From: Candidatus Bathyarchaeota archaeon
Lineage (GTDB): Archaea > Thermoproteota > Bathyarchaeia > Bathyarchaeales > Bathycorpusculaceae
DNA length: 64,000 nt
NCBI GenBank assembly: GCA_963827165.1
Contig: CAWGZR010000005.1
Coordinates: forward strand, 800,001-864,000
Direction of reading: 5' to 3'
The notes below the pieces were generated by a model. It searched no databases. It worked only from the letters and a program-made list of their open reading frames with translations, and had not been told where the DNA came from. Below, piece after piece: positions 1 to 9,080 of this stretch (the first letter of the stretch is position 1; each line of letters starts with the position of its first letter). The position numbers and the translations under genes are program-made.

Positions 1-32
1 CAGAACCGGTAACCGAAGAAAAAACCGACTAA
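1..32 (+). CDS. 3' end of a gene truncated by the window edge (...EPVTEEKTD*)
   Basis: Open frame ending in TAA at 30-32, followed by T-tracts. Confidence 0.4.
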   Translation, partial: EPVTEEKTD

Positions 33-41
33 ACTCCTTCA

Positions 42-70
42 ATTTTAGTTTTTTGTAAATTATTTTTTTG
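42..70 (+). terminator. Oligo-T tracts, probable archaeal intrinsic terminator
   Basis: ttttagttttttgtaaattatttttttg directly after the stop codon. Confidence 0.45.
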
Positions 71-377
71 CTTCAGCTTTCCTGACCAAAATACTGTCAG
101 GTTTAACAACTTTGTTTGCTAACTCTAACTGCGTTTTCGCAGGCGGTTTGGTTCAAACTTGCTGTTTAAAATGTGTTGTCAACTGGCTACTTATGGGGGT
201 CAATGCATATCGGATAGACTATAAACTTCGCCGATACAAGCTCGTAATAGAAGAATTCTGTGGTTATCCCAAAACAGTTTATAGTGCCAAATTAAACGAC
301 TCGCCGAATTCCAGCGGTGATGCTGAAGGGTGCTCCAGAACTATTTGGTCAAACAAAAGAAAATGGGTTGGGTAGCT

Positions 378-1448
378 CTATAGGCCGAAGCTGTTGATCA
401 CGCTCCTAGAGTTCGCGTCGATGACCAGTACGATTTTGTTTCCTTTATGGTCGAATTTTGCGAACCAAACGGGAACGTGAAGCAGCTCAACATCGCCAAC
501 GTCTGAATCGGTGTGTATAGATTGAATCATGTGGTATTTCTCGTGTGCCTTTTGTGATTGGAGTTGGTCAACTAATGTTTTAGCTTGGGATTTGGCTACG
601 TCTTCGCTGATGTCACCATTTAAGATTTTAACGTCTTTTGGCAGCTTGGAAATATCAAACAATTGCCTGCCTTCGAGGTTGAATTGATATTCGCGCGGCT
701 GATAATCCGTCAGTGCTTTTAACGCAATAACTGGGAAGTTATAATTCATGTCTAACTGCTCGGTTTTTCTAGCTCCGCCGCCGTAACCCATTCCCATCCC
801 CCAGGCCATGATTCTTATCCGTTTGAGTCCAAGGACTCCGGAAAATGGGTTTCCCATTGATTCTCCTGGAAAAGCGCGTCTTCCTCCCATTCCTCCACCT
901 CGTCTTCCGCCTCCTCCTCCGAAACCTCCCCCCATGCCACCGAATATTACGCCCATTAAAGCGGCGGTTGTGGCCGTTTGTGCCAATTGTTGGGTTTCAT
1001 CTGATGCGACGATGCTGGTTCTGGCTGAGACGCTTACAATCCAGTAAGGCACGAAAGTGAGGCTCATTTCTTCTTGTTTAGCGTCTTCGTGAAGGTGCCT
1101 GTGAAGGAGACCTTTATCCATCATTGGAACAATTATGGAGTTTACTTGATCAACAGTCGCAACTTTCAAAGCGAGCATCGTTTGCTTCTGTATGTTAGTC
1201 CATCCTTGGCTTCCCAAAGTGACTCCAGTGCCACAGTACTCGCATGTGATAACCATCTCTCCAAACTTAGGCGCAATGGGCGCACCGCAACTGGGGCATT
1301 TCAAGGATTGTACCCCTGAAGGCGCAAGGACAGGGCCAGTTGACGTCGAAGATGATGGTTTAGCAGCATTTAATCCCGTGCTTGTTCCACATTTAACGCA
1401 GAAAGCAGCGTCGTCTGGAAGTTGAGCACCACAGTTATGGCAGTACAA
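378..1448 (-). CDS. Double zinc-ribbon domain protein with Gly-rich insert
   Basis: CxxC pairs CHNCG/CVKCG and CPSCG/CEYCG; central GGMGGGFGGGGGRRGGG stretch; TTG start. Confidence 0.8.
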   Translation of the reverse strand: MYCHNCGAQLPDDAAFCVKCGTSTGLNAAKPSSSTSTGPVLAPSGVQSLKCPSCGAPIAPKFGEMVITCEYCGTGVTLGSQGWTNIQKQTMLALKVATVDQVNSIIVPMMDKGLLHRHLHEDAKQEEMSLTFVPYWIVSVSARTSIVASDETQQLAQTATTAALMGVIFGGMGGGFGGGGGRRGGGMGGRRAFPGESMGNPFSGVLGLKRIRIMAWGMGMGYGGGARKTEQLDMNYNFPVIALKALTDYQPREYQFNLEGRQLFDISKLPKDVKILNGDISEDVAKSQAKTLVDQLQSQKAHEKYHMIQSIHTDSDVGDVELLHVPVWFAKFDHKGNKIVLVIDANSRSVINSFGL

Positions 1449-1615
1449 TTTTTTTTTCCACCGACTCTCTAAATAAATCTCCTTTCTCTTAAATTTACCT
1501 CAAATTAGTTCCGTTTAGAGCTTCTTATTCCGTATTTTTTGCGAAAGAGCATGTTTGGCTTTCTGAAAGCTATTTTGGGAAAAAACTAAATACCTGACCA
1601 TAATACTCATGTTTC

Positions 1616-2311
1616 ATGGCTATCAAACAGAAGGGTGTAAACAAAAAGGTAATTTTCGCTGTGTTGCTGTTGGCTCTAATTGCAATTGGAGCCACTGCAG
1701 CCGCAGTTTACTCTTATCAAAAGCATCCTGCTTCCTTATCACTTGTAGGAGTTCAAGTTGGTGACAGGTTCACTTACAGCATAACCGGCAGTTGCTCAGA
1801 CACAGTACCAAATACGGATTATCCAGGCTTCTACCAACTCAATGAAACACAATACTACAATGTTACTATAACAAGTATCCAAGGTGATTCGGTTTCGTTT
1901 CAAACGGATTGGGTATTCGTAAACGGAACGGACATCACGGGGCAGCAAACAATCGACCTGTCCAACGGAGTCATGACCGATGAAAGCGGGTTTTCTTTTC
2001 TTTACCCTTCCAACCTTAAAGTAAGTGACCCGATTTACCCTCAAATGAGCACCAAGGTTCAAGTTAATGCAACCAATACCGAAACATATCCTAGCGGCAC
2101 CAGAGAAATCCTATACTACTGGGCAAGCACTACTCAGGCCTACAGACAAGACCCGACACAAAACACACAGCGTTACTTATATGATCAAATTTACTTTGAC
2201 AGGCAAACAGGAATGCTTACTGCTTTTAGCGAAATACAAGAATACAACAATCCACAGATAGAATTAGAAGTTATTTACTCGCTTACAAGCTCAACAGTTT
2301 GGAACGTTTAA
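1616..2311 (+). CDS. Hypothetical membrane-anchored/secreted protein
   Basis: Basic N-terminus plus hydrophobic helix; T/S/N/Y-rich body with several NxT sequons. Confidence 0.8.
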   Translation: MAIKQKGVNKKVIFAVLLLALIAIGATAAAVYSYQKHPASLSLVGVQVGDRFTYSITGSCSDTVPNTDYPGFYQLNETQYYNVTITSIQGDSVSFQTDWVFVNGTDITGQQTIDLSNGVMTDESGFSFLYPSNLKVSDPIYPQMSTKVQVNATNTETYPSGTREILYYWASTTQAYRQDPTQNTQRYLYDQIYFDRQTGMLTAFSEIQEYNNPQIELEVIYSLTSSTVWNV

Positions 2312-2712
2312 GCCGCTTTTCAAACTTGTTTTCTCTGATTTACCTTTATAGCAGATAGCTTTCTGCCTACTCGAATCATTTTTTTTCTTCCTTGCCCACG
2401 CAAAAAGGATCTTGTTGTCTCCTTTCCATGTTCGTTGTGATTCCTCATTTTGGAACGAAGAGAGTTTTTAGCTTCTGGGCCGAAATTCTTCAAACTTCGT
2501 TAAACTCAAACCCTACTTTGTGTATACTCGTAAAGCCTACCACCCGGGTCAAATAGAGGATCCAAACAGGCTGAAGTTGCAGGCTACAAGAGGCTTGAGT
2601 AACGGGTCCTATTGGTTAATTTAGATTTGGTTACGAAAAGAAGTGGATTTGCAACGATCAAAAGGGCAGTTAGGCGAAAAAATGAAATAGCTCAGCGCTT
2701 AAACAAGATGCA

Positions 2713-3495
2713 GTGAGGTGGAATGTGTTGTCGTTTAAAGCGAAGATGCAGGAAGCATCCAAAAGCAAGAGTTCACGAATCGTTTTGGCACTAGATTTTC
2801 TCTATGAAGCTCCAGAGAACCGGAGCAAAATTCTGGCAAAAGCACAAAGCATCCTCAAGGTTGTTCACCCTTACATATGCGCAGTTAAGATAAATCACCA
2901 TCTTGTCCTTCCCCTTGGAACCTTTGACGGCGTACAGCAGCTTGTAGAGCAAATCCGCGGACAAGGGTTGCTGGCTATTATGGATGCGAAAGTCAACGAT
3001 ATAGGAGCCACCAATCAGGTCATAGCGCAATATTACTTTTCGGCGGGTTTTGACGCTTTGATCGCGAACCCATTCATCGGTTGGGAAGAAGGCTTAAAAC
3101 CGCTATTTGAGGTTTCCCAGCGCCTTAACCGAGGCATGATACTTCTCTGCTACATGAGCCACAAAGGCGCCTCCGAAGGCTACGGACAAACCATAATCGA
3201 CCCGGAAACAGGCGAGAAAACGCTGCAGTACCTTTCCTTTGCCAAAAAAGCGCTCAAGTACGGTGCTGATGGAGTAGTGGTCGGTGCAACTTACCCACAG
3301 AAGATAACTGAGGTAAAGCATGTTGTCGGCGAAAAAGTTGCGATTTACTCCCCAGGCGTGGGCGCACAAGGCGGCTCTGCGGAAACTGCGCTTAAGGCAG
3401 GCGCCAATTACCTTATCGTGGGAAGAGAAATTACTTTTGCAGTTGACCCGGCTAAAGCCGCAGGGGAGCTTTTGGATTCGATAAAAGGGGTTTAG
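2713..3495 (+). CDS. pyrF: Orotidine 5'-phosphate decarboxylase (true start may be slightly downstream)
   Basis: IVLALD, DAKVNDIGAT (DxKxxDIxxT), VVGAT, PGVGAQGG and IVGR motifs. Confidence 0.95.
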   Translation: MRWNVLSFKAKMQEASKSKSSRIVLALDFLYEAPENRSKILAKAQSILKVVHPYICAVKINHHLVLPLGTFDGVQQLVEQIRGQGLLAIMDAKVNDIGATNQVIAQYYFSAGFDALIANPFIGWEEGLKPLFEVSQRLNRGMILLCYMSHKGASEGYGQTIIDPETGEKTLQYLSFAKKALKYGADGVVVGATYPQKITEVKHVVGEKVAIYSPGVGAQGGSAETALKAGANYLIVGREITFAVDPAKAAGELLDSIKGV

Positions 3496-3500
3496 GCGGT

Positions 3501-3656
3501 TTATCTTCCGCGTTTGTTCTCCCAAAGCTCTTTTTTGAGCAGGTCACGGACCGCTGAACGTATGACGCTGCTTCTGCTCGGGTACATGTTCGCTCGGACA
3601 AGTTCATCTAAGCCTTCCAGATATGCCTCTGGCAACAACACAGTTACAAGTTTCAC
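3501..3656 (-). CDS. Ribbon-helix-helix (CopG/MetJ/Arc) regulator, CdrS-like, 51 aa; absent from the ORF track
   Basis: Manual translation MKLVTVLLPEAYLEGLDELVRANMYPSRSSVIRSAVRDLLKKELWENKRGR; GTG start with GGGAGG SD upstream; YPSRS..IRSAVRDLL signature. Confidence 0.88.
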   Translation of the reverse strand: MKLVTVLLPEAYLEGLDELVRANMYPSRSSVIRSAVRDLLKKELWENKRGR

Positions 3657-4019
3657 TTTGTATTTTTCCTCCCTCAAACTATAATATGCTTATAACATGC
3701 CCCGAATATAAGAGTTAACCAGCAACCCCTACCTCATCGGTAACTCTTTGATTCAATACACCCTTTTCTTTTTGCCAAATACTTTGACAAATCTTCAGCA
3801 GCCCTCTTCAGCTCCTATCCTTATTTTTAGAGACAAGAAAAGCCCTTGCATTCACAGCAATCTATTTCGCAAAACCAAATCAAACCATCCGACTGCCCTT
3901 CGGTTTCAGATTTACTAGTTTTCCATTCATTTTAAGCGGCTTCTTTTTTGTGAGCCTATTAGTTTTAGTTCTTTTTGTGAGAAACTTCTAAGAAAGACAT
4001 TTTCTGTTTTAGGCTGCTG

Positions 4020-4862
4020 CTAAAAATTCCTAAGTTGGTTTAATGTCCCAAGATAGGTTCCATCTAACAAGTAAAGTTCAGAGTTATCGACGTCAACAGC
4101 TTTCGAACGCAGGACAGGTCCAATTAACGCTTCATTGCCGATTTCTTTTCGCGGTCTGGTTTCGTTCACGGGTCTGCCCCCTAAGAAATCGTTAAAGCTG
4201 GGCATAATGAAAATCTCCTTGGCCTTGAGCTTAACGCTATATTGTTTTTGTAGTGTTTCGGCGACGGTGCCCACGATTTTCACTTTGTGCTTTTGCAGAA
4301 GAATCCTCGCTAAAGCTTCAGTGTCACAGCTCGCCCTCATCCATGCCTGCCTTGTAATCTTAAATCCTGCAGGGTCGCGGAAGACGACGACTGGGTGCAA
4401 GTGCCCCATTACCAGAGTTTTGCAGCCGAGCAACGCGGGAGAAGGCCATTTGTGTCCATGGAAAACGCCTACGTCGTTGATGGCGACGCCTGTTGCAGGT
4501 AGAAGTTTGACTTTTTCTGGCAGAAGCGGCTCAATGTTTGCATCGTGGTTTCCGCGGACGACGGATATGTCGCCGATGAAAGCTTGCAGTTTATTGAAGA
4601 AGTCGGGTACGTCATGCCATTCGCCTAGTTCGCTTGAAACCACTGTGTACTTCACGTCGCCAATGATGACCAACCGCTGAGGCTTATACTCGCTAAGGAT
4701 TGCAGTGAGCTTGTTGAGAAGTTTGGGCGTTTGGCTTGGAATGTGGATGCCTTTTTGCTGAAGTTCCATCTCCCATCCGATGTGAGGGTCAGCGATAAGT
4801 AGGGTTTTGGATTTTTTTGTTTTCACCATCGCAGCGGGACTGGGCCAAAGCAAACGCAACAT
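4020..4862 (-). CDS. Calcineurin-like metallophosphoesterase (archaeal ICC-like family)
   Basis: ADPHIG, GDVK, RGNHD, HGH and GHLHP motifs. Confidence 0.9.
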   Translation of the reverse strand: MLRLLWPSPAAMVKTKKSKTLLIADPHIGWEMELQQKGIHIPSQTPKLLNKLTAILSEYKPQRLVIIGDVKYTVVSSELGEWHDVPDFFNKLQAFIGDISVVRGNHDANIEPLLPEKVKLLPATGVAINDVGVFHGHKWPSPALLGCKTLVMGHLHPVVVFRDPAGFKITRQAWMRASCDTEALARILLQKHKVKIVGTVAETLQKQYSVKLKAKEIFIMPSFNDFLGGRPVNETRPRKEIGNEALIGPVLRSKAVDVDNSELYLLDGTYLGTLNQLRNF

Positions 4863-4863
4863 G

Positions 4864-5694
4864 CTATTTAACCAAACTCAAAATTATTTCGTGCATTTGA
4901 AGGTTATTCGAAGCTACAAAGCTCACCGTTTGCTTAGGGTCCAACACAACGTTCACTTCCTGATTAGACAGCGTTGTCACTCTTCCCCCTGCCTCCTTGA
5001 TGATTAGGAACGCGGCGGCGACATCGGTAGTTCGCAGTTTTCCACGAAGGTCAACAAAAGCGTCCGTCGAACCGTCAGCTACGTAGCAGAGCTCCAAAGC
5101 GTTGGCTCCGAAATGGCGGATATGCTTAGTTTTTTCAATAAGTCCGGTCACTTTTGGCGCGATCTGTTTGACTTTGTAAGTGTTCAAGTCTAAACCTATC
5201 AAGGCATCATCTAACGAAATGGTTTTTGACGGTTCGATCTTTTTTCCGTCCCGAAATGCTCCTTCGCCCAAGAAGGCGGTGTAAGTCACGTCATGGAAGA
5301 GGTCAGAAACCATGCCCGCGTAGACATCCGCAAGCCAAGACTTTCCTGAAATTGCGACCGAACAGGCATAGAAAGGCAACCCGTGCATGAAGTTTGTGCT
5401 ACCGTCAACTGGGTCAACCGTGACAAAACACTCCTCGGCAGACGCGCCGAAATTTTTGATTCCTGATTCCTCGCTGATAAGCGTGAAAGAAACGTCGTGC
5501 TGTTTTAGAGTCTCAACGATTGCCTTTTCAGCTGCCAAATCCATCGGTTTCATAGCATCTCCTCCGGCGCCTGAACCCAAGTTAGGCTGCATTTCCTTGA
5601 TCGTTTTGAGGCAGGGTTTGATGCTATTTTGGACATTGTTTTTGCATTCCATAAAGATTTTCTGCCAATTGTTTTGCTTTTGAGTTTTCGTCAT
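4864..5694 (-). CDS. suhB: Inositol monophosphatase / fructose-1,6-bisphosphatase (archaeal bifunctional family)
   Basis: SEE, DPVDGSTNF and DVAAAFLIIKEAGG motifs. Confidence 0.9.
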   Translation of the reverse strand: MTKTQKQNNWQKIFMECKNNVQNSIKPCLKTIKEMQPNLGSGAGGDAMKPMDLAAEKAIVETLKQHDVSFTLISEESGIKNFGASAEECFVTVDPVDGSTNFMHGLPFYACSVAISGKSWLADVYAGMVSDLFHDVTYTAFLGEGAFRDGKKIEPSKTISLDDALIGLDLNTYKVKQIAPKVTGLIEKTKHIRHFGANALELCYVADGSTDAFVDLRGKLRTTDVAAAFLIIKEAGGRVTTLSNQEVNVVLDPKQTVSFVASNNLQMHEIILSLVK

Positions 5695-5800
5695 AGGTCT
5701 TCCTGCTTGTTGTTATTAGCGGGGGGCGTGTTGATAAATGCTGACCCAAAATTTGAGCTCAGAACAATCGAAAGAAATCAGTTAAACAATAGTCTAAATC

Positions 5801-5816
5801 CGAAATGCTTATATTT
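5801..5816 (+). promoter_or_regulatory. Candidate BRE/TATA promoter of the aromatic operon
   Basis: cgaaatgc-TTATATTT about 40 nt upstream of the leader ATG at 5855. Confidence 0.55.
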
Positions 5817-5854
5817 TCTGGATAATGACTCATTCTGCAAGGTTCGAAGCTTCA

Positions 5855-5938
5855 ATGTCTAATCTCGCAAGCAAAAAAGCAAACGCTGTATCATGGTTCC
5901 AGAGCTTCGGCTACTTTTATTATCGTTATTTTCCTTAA
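5855..5938 (+). CDS. Putative aromatic-amino-acid leader peptide MSNLASKKANAVSWFQSFGYFYYRYFP (27 aa)
   Basis: 9 of the last 14 codons are W/F/Y; lies between the promoter and the first gene of the aromatic operon; another in-frame ATG at 5825. Confidence 0.8.
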   Translation: MSNLASKKANAVSWFQSFGYFYYRYFP

Positions 5939-5976
5939 GCCCAGAACTAAAAATTTTTTTTGGCATGGTTCTGGGC
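5939..5976 (+). promoter_or_regulatory. Putative attenuator hairpin enclosing a U8 tract
   Basis: gcccagaac (5939-5947) / gttctgggc (5968-5976) perfect 9-bp inverted repeat; T8 at 5954-5961; starts at the base after the leader stop codon. Confidence 0.7.
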
Positions 5977-5994
5977 AAAGCACGGGTGTAACAA

Positions 5995-7239
5995 ATGGAG
6001 ACAACTGGCTGTAAAATGATTGTCGTTAAATTCGGGGGTTCCAGCCTTGCGGATCACGAGCGGCTCTTAAAAGCAGTGGTTGCCGTCGTTAACGAAGCCA
6101 AGAAGGGCACTCGGGTCGCCGTTGTAGTGTCCGCTATGGGTAAAACCACCGATGTTCTTATGGCGACGGCGAAGAACGCTTCCAATGGGAAACTGGAGAA
6201 AAAAGACCTCGATGACATTCTCTCAATGGGTGAACGAACCAGCATCAGAATCTTTTCGACCGCGTTGAAAACAAACGGGGTCGAATCCTGCTACTTCGAC
6301 CCAATCGACAGCAACTGGCCAATAATAACTGATTCCGCCTTCCAAAACGCCAACCCAATCCTTACAGACTGCGAAAAAAACATCCGCCAATGCGTGTTAC
6401 CGGTGATGGAAAAAGGCGTGATTCCCGTAGTTGCGGGTTTTTTGGGCAAAACCAAAGACGGCAAAATAACGACTTTGGGAAGAGGAGGAAGCGACACAAC
6501 AGCGTTTGTGCTGGCCGAAGCGTTGGGAGCCGACGAAATCATTTTGGTTACCGATGCTGATGGCATAATGTCTGCTGATCCCAAAATTCTGTCGAACGTT
6601 CAGCGACTCAAAGAAGTCGATGTGAACACGTTAGTCGGACTTGCTGATTCAGGAGCCAAATTCATCCATAGCAAAGCCTTAAAATACAAACCCAAAAACA
6701 TCAATGTCCGTGTCATTAATCACGCCAGTGGAAGCCTTTCCGAGGAAGGCACCTTGGTCACGGGTGGCTTGGCCACGGAGCTTGACGCTGAACTCGCGCA
6801 TCCTTTCCCAGTCGCTGAAATAACGGTGATAGGAAACGGCATTTCAGCCAACCCTCAAATCATTCAGGAAATGATTGAGAAAACCAAGCGGCACTCGCTG
6901 CTTTTAGGTATGTCAATGAACACCAACTCCGTCATCCTCTATGTTTCTCAAGAGAAAAACCTGGATGGCCTTTTCAACGACGTCCACAATATAGTAAAAA
7001 GCAATACAGAAACCATTGCGATGGCGGTCAAGAAAGACCTTGTCTTCATCAAAACAAGTGGTGTTGGCTTGGAAGAAACGCAAGGCATCATCGGAAAAAT
7101 CAGCGAGGATTTGCGGGTTGGCGGCATAAACATTTCAGGCATCTTAACGATAACATCTAGTATTCTCCTTTTTATGGATTGGAGTGAACGGGAAAAAGCC
7201 CTCAAACTGATTAAAAACTCTTTAAGGAGCGCTAAGTAA
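5995..7239 (+). CDS. lysC: Aspartate kinase with ACT-like C-terminal domains
   Basis: VVKFGGSS, VVSAMG.TTD, GE, TTLGRGGSDTTA, TDADGIMSADP. Confidence 0.93.
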   Translation: METTGCKMIVVKFGGSSLADHERLLKAVVAVVNEAKKGTRVAVVVSAMGKTTDVLMATAKNASNGKLEKKDLDDILSMGERTSIRIFSTALKTNGVESCYFDPIDSNWPIITDSAFQNANPILTDCEKNIRQCVLPVMEKGVIPVVAGFLGKTKDGKITTLGRGGSDTTAFVLAEALGADEIILVTDADGIMSADPKILSNVQRLKEVDVNTLVGLADSGAKFIHSKALKYKPKNINVRVINHASGSLSEEGTLVTGGLATELDAELAHPFPVAEITVIGNGISANPQIIQEMIEKTKRHSLLLGMSMNTNSVILYVSQEKNLDGLFNDVHNIVKSNTETIAMAVKKDLVFIKTSGVGLEETQGIIGKISEDLRVGGINISGILTITSSILLFMDWSEREKALKLIKNSLRSAK

Positions 7240-7248
7240 GGTGGAAAT

Positions 7249-8040
7249 ATGAATCAAGGAAAAACTCGAAGACTAAAAAGAATCATGCAGCAAGACAACC
7301 GCACAGTAATCGTGCCAATGGATCACGGAGTAACAATCGGGCCTATCCAAGGCTTAGCCAATATGCAGCAAATAATCAACCAGCTCATGAAAGGGGGAGT
7401 CGACGCTCTCCTTGTTCACAAAGGCATCGCCAAGCACACTGACATCGGAAACACAGGATTAATCGTTATGCTGTCTGGCATGTCCAACCTTAGCCCTAAC
7501 GTAAACGGCAAAGTCCAAGTGTGCAGCGTGCGGGAAGCCATCCGTATAGGGGCAGACGCGGTTTCCGTGCATGTTAACGTCGGCGCCCAAGACGAGGATA
7601 AAATGCTTTTCAACCTTGGCAAAGTTGCTGACGAATGCGAAGTTTACGGAATGCCGCTGCTTGCCATGATGTATCCTCGGGGACCCAAAATACAGAATGA
7701 ACATGCACCCGACCTTGTTGCGCATGCAGCACGAATCGGCGCTGAACTTGGTGCAGACATCATAAAAGCAAACTTCACAGGAAACATAGAAACATTCAAA
7801 ACAGTCGTGGAAAGCTGCCCAGTTCCAGTTGTGATAGCAGGAGGACCAAAATGCAAGACCTCTGAAGAGGTTCTGCAAACCACTCGCGATGCAATTTCAG
7901 CAGGGGCTTCAGGGCTTTCAATCGGACGCAACGTCTTCCAACATGAAAACCCCGCTCAAATCGTTAAGGCGCTTTCAGCAATCGTTCACGCCAGCGCCAG
8001 CGTGCAGGAAGCGCTCAAAATCCTCGGTGAGAAAGCTTGA
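7249..8040 (+). CDS. aroA': 2-amino-3,7-dideoxy-D-threo-hept-6-ulosonate (ADH) synthase, DhnA-type aldolase
   Basis: VPMDHG, MMYPRG, GAELGADIIK, AGGPK, IGRNVFQ; adjacent to DHQ synthase II. Confidence 0.9.
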   Translation: MNQGKTRRLKRIMQQDNRTVIVPMDHGVTIGPIQGLANMQQIINQLMKGGVDALLVHKGIAKHTDIGNTGLIVMLSGMSNLSPNVNGKVQVCSVREAIRIGADAVSVHVNVGAQDEDKMLFNLGKVADECEVYGMPLLAMMYPRGPKIQNEHAPDLVAHAARIGAELGADIIKANFTGNIETFKTVVESCPVPVVIAGGPKCKTSEEVLQTTRDAISAGASGLSIGRNVFQHENPAQIVKALSAIVHASASVQEALKILGEKA

Positions 8041-9080
8041 AGGAACTCTGGGTTGAAATCGAGCAAGCAGCTTCACAGCAAGAAAAAGAAAACTTGCTGA
8101 GTACCGCACATGAAAGCGCGGATGTAGTTCTCGAAGGGGCAGAAGCTAGTACTCGTCAAGGCAAAATAGACATAGTATTCCTCGCTGAGCTAAACGAAAA
8201 AAAGATTTCTCAAGCCAAAACTGACGGCAGAAAAACCGCCGTTAAAATTAATATAAGAGGGAAAGAAGACGAGAACCGGGCTGCCAAAGCCGCTGAGTTA
8301 GGTGTCGACTACATAATTATTGCCACCAACGATTGGCGAGTCATACCATTGGAGAACTTAATTGCTAAGGCGCATGGGGGCAAAAGCAAACTAGTAGCAG
8401 AAGTCGCTACCGCGCAGGATGCCAAAGTTGTCCTTGAAGCCTTAGAGCTGGGAACAGACGGTGTACTGCTTAAAACCTCAAATTCAAACGAACTCGCCAA
8501 AACAGTGAAACTTGTCAAAGGGCAGATGCCTAAGGTGGAGTTAACAACCGCGAAAGTTCTCTCCATCCAACCAATCGGCACAGGCGCCAGGGTCTGCGTA
8601 GACACAGTTGATTTAATGGCTCCCGGCGAAGGAATGCTTGTCGGCTGCCAATCCGCGGGGTTCTTTCTGGTGGAAGCTGAAGTGAACGAGAATCCGTATG
8701 TGCAATCTAGACCTTTTCGCGTGAACGCGGGGCCAGCGTCACATTACACGTTAACGTCGCTGCAAAGCACCAGGTACTTGTCTGAACTGAAGGCAGGCGA
8801 CGAAGTCTTAATCGTCAACAGAGAAGGAAAAGTTAGAATAACCAATGTTGGAAGGTCAAAAATAGAGTTCCGACCGCTGATCCTCATTGAAGCGCAAGCG
8901 GACGACGCAAAAATAAAAACCATATTGCAAAACGCTGAAACCATCCGCCTAGTAACGCCCAAAGCATCCAAACCCGTCACCGAACTGAAAGTCAACGATG
9001 AAGTCCTTGTCCATTTAGCCGCGAAGGGTGGCAGACACTTCGGCGTTTCCGTGCCAGAAGAAACGGTGATTGAGAAGTGA
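8037..9080 (+). CDS. aroB': 3-dehydroquinate synthase II
   Basis: DWRVIPLENLIA, RVCVDT, RPFRVNAG, LQNAETIRL, GRHFG. Confidence 0.95.
   Translation: MKELWVEIEQAASQQEKENLLSTAHESADVVLEGAEASTRQGKIDIVFLAELNEKKISQAKTDGRKTAVKINIRGKEDENRAAKAAELGVDYIIIATNDWRVIPLENLIAKAHGGKSKLVAEVATAQDAKVVLEALELGTDGVLLKTSNSNELAKTVKLVKGQMPKVELTTAKVLSIQPIGTGARVCVDTVDLMAPGEGMLVGCQSAGFFLVEAEVNENPYVQSRPFRVNAGPASHYTLTSLQSTRYLSELKAGDEVLIVNREGKVRITNVGRSKIEFRPLILIEAQADDAKIKTILQNAETIRLVTPKASKPVTELKVNDEVLVHLAAKGGRHFGVSVPEETVIEK

Noticed and set aside
112-375. 87-aa plus-strand ORF
   Set aside because: No motif and atypical composition; lies in a spacer between convergent genes.
2525-2611. Possible structured RNA upstream of pyrF (tactc..aagcct / aggctt-gagta; aatag..gatcc / gggtcctatt)
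   Set aside because: Stems are short and bulged, arise partly from aggct repeats, and match no riboswitch or ribozyme consensus I recognise.
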